From Candidatus Babeliales bacterium (lineage in GTDB: Bacteria; Babelota; Babeliae; Babelales; JANWKD01): DNA of 64,000 nucleotides. The stretch covers positions 160,001 to 224,000 of the forward strand of contig CAVRJO010000002.1 of NCBI GenBank assembly GCA_963722255.1. Direction: 5' to 3'. The position numbers and the translations under genes were made by a program. Below the pieces are notes generated by a model. The model worked only from the letters and a program-made list of their open reading frames with translations. It ran no database searches and was not told where the DNA came from. Of this stretch, positions 59,695 to 64,000 are shown piece by piece. Position 1 is the stretch's first letter. Each line of letters begins with the position of its first letter.

Positions 59695-62408
59695 ATGATT
59701 CCGTTAAAACTTCAACTTAAAAATTTTTTGAGTTATGGCGCTACTCTTCAAACGATAGATTTTTCACCTTACCATTTAATCTGTTTAAGTGGCAAAAATG
59801 GGCATGGGAAATCTGCTCTTCTGGATGCCATTACCTGGGCAATTTGGGGTCAAGCACGCAAAATTTCCGGTGTTGCTAAGGCAGATAACCATTTATTGCG
59901 TCTTGGCCAACAACAGATGCTTGTTATACTCGATTTTGAATTTAACCAACAAGTATATAGAATCCGTAGAGAATTTGCCCTGACTCATGGTAAACAATAT
60001 GCTTCTTTAGATTTTGCGCTTATTGAATCGGAAAAAACCGTTTCCTTAACCAATAAAACGATACGTGAAACACAGGCCACCATTGAAGCTACGCTTGGCC
60101 TGGATTTTGAATCATTTATTAATTCTGCTTTTTTACGGCAAGGACAATCGAATGAATTTTCAAAAAAATCTCCTAAAGAACGTAAAGATATTCTAGGAAC
60201 GATTTTGGGATTAAACCATTATGAACTCTTAAAAAAAAGGCGCTTGATAAGGTTAAGAGCGCAACGGCAGAAACTCTACATATAGCAAAATTTCATGAAA
60301 AACTTAAGCAAGAACTTCTTCGATTACCTGAACTTACAACCACCTTGCTGACGGTCAATCAATCAATAGCTATCCTTGAAGAGCATGAAAAACTTTGTAT
60401 AACACAAAAAGCAACATTAGTTGATAAAAAAAATCAGCTTTTGGTTGAAAAAAATCAACAAGCACTTATTACCTTGCAGATCAAGCAAAAAGAAGAAGAA
60501 ATTGCACAACTCAAAATAAAACTTCAAGAAGAGTATACGCAATGGCGATACCTCCATAAAAAATATCTACACTATTCTCCTTCCAGCGATCACGAAAAGG
60601 AAAAACAAGATCTTATAAACAAAATTACACAACATCAAAACGAGCAACAAAAGTTTCTTCTCCTAAAAGAAAAACAGTTAAATCTAAAACAACAAGAACA
60701 AGAACTCATAGCAAAGATAAAAATTGAACATACAAAAAAAGTTCAGGAATCCTACAACGCCCTTACCCAAATTCAGCATGAACTCTCTCATAGAAAAAAC
60801 CAATTAGAAAGCTTGGAAAAGCAAAAAAGTAAGATTGCTACTGAATCGCAAATAAGAGAAGCAACACGTAAAATGCTCGAAACATTCCTTGAATCTTTAA
60901 AATTCATAAAAGCTCAGCTACAAGCTGAAGAACTACTTTTTGATAAAAGAAGAATGCTCTATTCACAATGGGGTGCCGAAATAAATAGTGTTACCATCGA
61001 AATGAAACAACTTCAGCAAAAGCAAAATCTAACTTCTGACGAAACAAATCCTAGTTGCCCACTTTGTGAACAAACTCTTTCGTCATCAAGAAAAAAATAT
61101 TTAAAAAACCATTTTCTTCAAAAAGAAGATTTCCTCAACCATCGTTTAGTGCGCCTAAAAACATTAATTGGTTCATTAAAACAACTTCTTGTTGAGCAAA
61201 ACGAAAACCTTGAAAAGATTAAAAAAAAAGTAGAAGAATATAAAACTGCTGAAATCAAATATAGTGAACTCATGAATCAGGCAGAAAAAACGGAAGCCGA
61301 ACTTGAAGAATACAACAAAAATCATGCCTGCATTCAAAAAGAAATACAGACTCTTGAAATCAAACTTCAGGAACAACAAACTGCACATGAACAGGTAAAT
61401 GCCAATGAAAAAAAGCTCTTAATTCACAATAAAGAGTATATATTCCTGGCCTCTGAACTTAAAAAAATTAGTGATGAACTTTCTATCGCCAGCTACAATG
61501 AAGAATATTTTATAGCACTGCGTAATCAATTAACAACCCTTGAAGAAGTTGTGCTCCAAGCCAAATGTATTGAACAAGAATTAGCCAAAAAGAAGATCCT
61601 GGCAAATACCATTGCTGAACAATGCAGAATAATAAAAAATACGAAGCTTATGCGTAACGAGCTCAATGCAAAAAATGCTCAGTATGAATCTCTTGAAGAT
61701 CAAATACAACAACTATACACTCTTGAATCAACCATAGATCAAACGGCACAAAAATATCAAAAGGAAAAGGAACTCTTATTGCAACAAAGAGGCGGCCTTG
61801 AAAAAGAACGAATGACGCTTGTACAGTATGAAACAGAGTTCAAATTTCAAGAAAAAAAGATTCAAGAGCTACAAGAAGTTGCATTTGATTATCAAACTAT
61901 TGCAAATGCTTTAGGAAAGGATGGTATTCAAGCACTCATTATTGAAGAATCGTTACCTGAAATTGAACAGGAAGCTAATGATCTTTTAGGGCAATTAACC
62001 GATAATCAAGCACATATTATCATCGAATCGTTACGTGACCTAAAAAAGGGCGGGACAAAAGAGACGCTTGATATAAAAATTTCCGATTCAATCGGAATAC
62101 GACCTTATGAACTTTTTTCAGGTGGCGAGGCATTTCGCATAGATTTTGCATTACGCTTGGCAATCTCAAAGCTTCTTGCTCGAAGAGCTGGAACATCACT
62201 TCAAACACTGATTATTGATGAAGGATTTGGGTCACAAGATGAAGATGGATTGATTCATATCATGGATGCTTTATATAAAATTCAAAATAGCTTTTGCAAA
62301 ATAATTATTGTCTCACATCTACCATCTATGAAAGATCAGTTTCCGGTACATTTTTTTGTTGAAAAAGGTACACAAGGGAGTAGTTTACGGGTTATTGAAC
62401 AGGGATAA
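59695..62408 (+). CDS. sbcC: SbcC/Rad50-like SMC ATPase (frameshift at the A8 tract near 60235)
   Basis: GKNGHGKS Walker A, LRQG Q-loop, CPLC zinc hook, FSGGE and IIDEGFG motifs. Confidence 0.9.
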
Positions 62409-62523
62409 GAATAGATTTTAACATCTAAAATCATCCGGCTACAAAACAAAATACAAGTCATTGACTTTTATCCTACTTTTGAGATCATTGAGCGAATCAT
62501 TTAATTTCAGCAGGAGAAAGCTT

Positions 62524-64000
62524 ATGAACACAACAAAAATATATATTTTCTTTGTACTCATATCATGTGCAATAATGCAACAAGCTCATTCTATGAAAAA
62601 ACAAGAAAAAGCTCATGAACTTATTAGCGATGATTCAATTACCGTGAATTTTGAAAGAGATGGCCATATCGTTTATTCTTCCCAATGTAATCCTGATCAA
62701 TTACCATATATAGGTAATACCTTATATAACCAATACACTTTTGATCCAACAACTGCACTAATAATTCCTGAATCTCAAGTTTTAGAAGAAGATTTCAAAA
62801 CTCTTAAAGAAGCTGCAAAGCTTTTAGTAAATAGCAGGCAGCAAGACAAAGAAAAACAAAAAAAAGAACAAAACGGTATAGTAAGAAAAATTATGAGTTC
62901 AGAAAGATTTCCCTTGAGTTTTATAAATCTTTTTAAAGCCGTTGATTTCCTTGACTGCTCTTTTCTTTTTAATCCTTGTCTTGCAAAAATAACCCAAATC
63001 ACAAAAGAATTTATTGAAAAAGGCAAGATTAAAGAAGCCCTTCTACTCTTCGATCAATTAAACAATTACACTCTTTCAGTACTAATTGGAAATCACTTAT
63101 TACAAAATTCAAAACCAATAGGGCATTTGCTTACTGCGTGTCAAGAATCTATACTTCATCAAAGAGAGAACTCTAACACTACTGTGAAATCACCATTCAT
63201 AGAAATACTTAAATCTAATTCCAATGTTGGTTTAATCGAAATTTGTGTCTGTCATGAATCAAATACATTGTTTTTGTTATTTAAAGATAGAATTCTTGTT
63301 TATGATATTCAAAATAGAAAGAGCTTGGGCTGTTTATATATGCCTGTAGAAATAAAATCAGTGAGATATTCACCCTCAAAAGGAGTTTTATTTTTAATAG
63401 AGGACAACATAATAAGTGCATACCAAATAAAAAATAACACATTTAACCTTTTAATACATCTGGAGAGTTACAGCGTTAACACAAAAATTGATACCCTTAC
63501 TTTTGATGAAAATAATCTCATATTTTACCTGACTCTTAATGATTCTGATAAAATTTATCAGTACGAATATTTGAACAACATCTACCGTAAATATTTTCAG
63601 TGTTCTAATATTAAAAGCTTATGCTTATCTAAGGATAAAAAAACGCTTTATTCCGTTTCAAAGAAAAATAATTCCAAACAAAGCCAAACAGGAGAAATAT
63701 GTTTCTGGAATATAAAAAAAAGATACCTTTATAATGTTATTCAAATAAAGAATTATTGGAATGAACAAGATTCTTGCCCATTGTATCAATTAGAAGTTTC
63801 GCCCGATGGCTCGCTTCTTGCGTTAGCTACAAAAAGGAATGTATCATTATTTGATGCTCAAACAGGAGATTATGTAAAAAAATTTAATAGCAGCTTCGCT
63901 CCGATTGCTTTTTATCCTAATAGTAAAACCTTGATCGCATCACATAAAAAAGGTTTTATAGAACAAACATTAATGAACAAAAAACTTGAAAAAGAATTAC
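62524..64000 (+). CDS. Secreted Skp1/BTB-like plus WD40-like protein, 3' partial
   Basis: Not in the ORF track because it runs off the window; AGGAG RBS; signal peptide ending AHS-MKK; LFKAVDFLDCSFL; LEVSPDGSLLALAT..VSLFDAQTG. Confidence 0.8.
   Translation, partial: MNTTKIYIFFVLISCAIMQQAHSMKKQEKAHELISDDSITVNFERDGHIVYSSQCNPDQLPYIGNTLYNQYTFDPTTALIIPESQVLEEDFKTLKEAAKLLVNSRQQDKEKQKKEQNGIVRKIMSSERFPLSFINLFKAVDFLDCSFLFNPCLAKITQITKEFIEKGKIKEALLLFDQLNNYTLSVLIGNHLLQNSKPIGHLLTACQESILHQRENSNTTVKSPFIEILKSNSNVGLIEICVCHESNTLFLLFKDRILVYDIQNRKSLGCLYMPVEIKSVRYSPSKGVLFLIEDNIISAYQIKNNTFNLLIHLESYSVNTKIDTLTFDENNLIFYLTLNDSDKIYQYEYLNNIYRKYFQCSNIKSLCLSKDKKTLYSVSKKNNSKQSQTGEICFWNIKKRYLYNVIQIKNYWNEQDSCPLYQLEVSPDGSLLALATKRNVSLFDAQTGDYVKKFNSSFAPIAFYPNSKTLIASHKKGFIEQTLMNKKLEKEL

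Overview
An AT-rich bacterial chromosome segment. The gene style (reduced core genes mixed with many signal-peptide hypotheticals, WD40, ankyrin and Skp1-like proteins) suggests a protist-infecting intracellular bacterium, most like Candidatus Babelota (Dependentiae/TM6); this is inference, not a database result. Core genes: fkpA-type PPIase, trxB, tig, frr-pyrH-tsf, mnmA, ssb, grpE, pgsA, secD, serS, HU, tatD, rnhA, gap, nfo, a phosphohexomutase and sbcC. The window also holds five tRNA genes, three complete IS elements with readable ends and target duplications (IS630, IS3 and IS4-like; two interrupt genes) and a HEPN/MNT toxin-antitoxin pair. Most interesting signals: (1) two tandem secreted precursors with a conserved pro-domain ending in RGxGG and a variable hydrophobic core, followed by two paralogous multi-TM genes, a candidate toxin/immunity system; (2) a structured trailer with covarying pairings that sequesters the CCA end of all five tRNAs; (3) a Met directly after the predicted signal-peptide cleavage site in about 15 mostly unrelated secreted proteins; (4) two beta-helix surface proteins whose 18-aa repeat stalk is full of D/E-x-N-x-T sequons and CC doublets. 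A cluster of frameshifts at about 47-60 kb is probably, at least partly, assembly error.
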